Made by a program: the position numbers and the translations under genes. Below the pieces are notes generated by a model. That model was not told where the DNA came from. It searched no databases and saw nothing but the letters and a program-made list of their open reading frames with translations. A stretch of DNA of 64,000 nucleotides. Origin: Octopus sinensis (Eukaryota). Where the stretch lies: assembly GCF_006345805.1 (NCBI RefSeq), contig NC_043001.1, positions 90,148,001-90,212,000 on the forward strand, read 5' to 3'. The stretch's first letter is position 1. The number at the start of each line of letters is the position of its first letter. Below are positions 63,880-64,000 of the stretch, in pieces.

Positions 63880-64000
63880 TTGTATGTGTGTACATATATA
63901 TGTTTGTGTGTGTGAAGAGAGAGAGAAAGAGTGAGAGTGAGATAGAGAGTGGACGTGGAAGAGAGGGAAACGGAGAGAAAAGAAAGAGAAAGAGTGAGAG

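Overview
AT-rich, microsatellite-dense eukaryotic DNA made almost entirely of transposon relics. The SINE families and (TA)n/(CA)n/(TAA)n density look like a cephalopod (Octopus-like) genome; that assignment is inference from recall, not a search. I recognise no host protein-coding gene, rRNA, true tRNA gene or CRISPR array. Supported content: four deleted or degenerate mariner elements plus MITEs, a Tigger/pogo relic, a Chapaev3-like relic, three R4/Dong-type (RLE) LINE pieces, a young 5'-truncated CR1/L2-group LINE with an open 649-codon RT ORF, a 5'-truncated Penelope-like element (GIY-YIG), a Gypsy relic nested in a SINE, three short Helitron-like elements and many tRNA-derived SINEs. The main signal is a set of minimal type-I hammerhead ribozyme motifs in three unrelated repeat families. 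Their stems I and II differ in sequence but stay base-paired, and their stem III is palindromic (dimer type). Two families sit in large inverted repeats, and one of these has a tRNA/Pol III head, suggesting a Penelope-mobilised, ribozyme-bearing SINE. A second signal is a LINE-SINE shared 3' tail with a compensatorily changed stem-loop. Coordinates were counted by hand and may be off by a few bases; relic boundaries are approximate.
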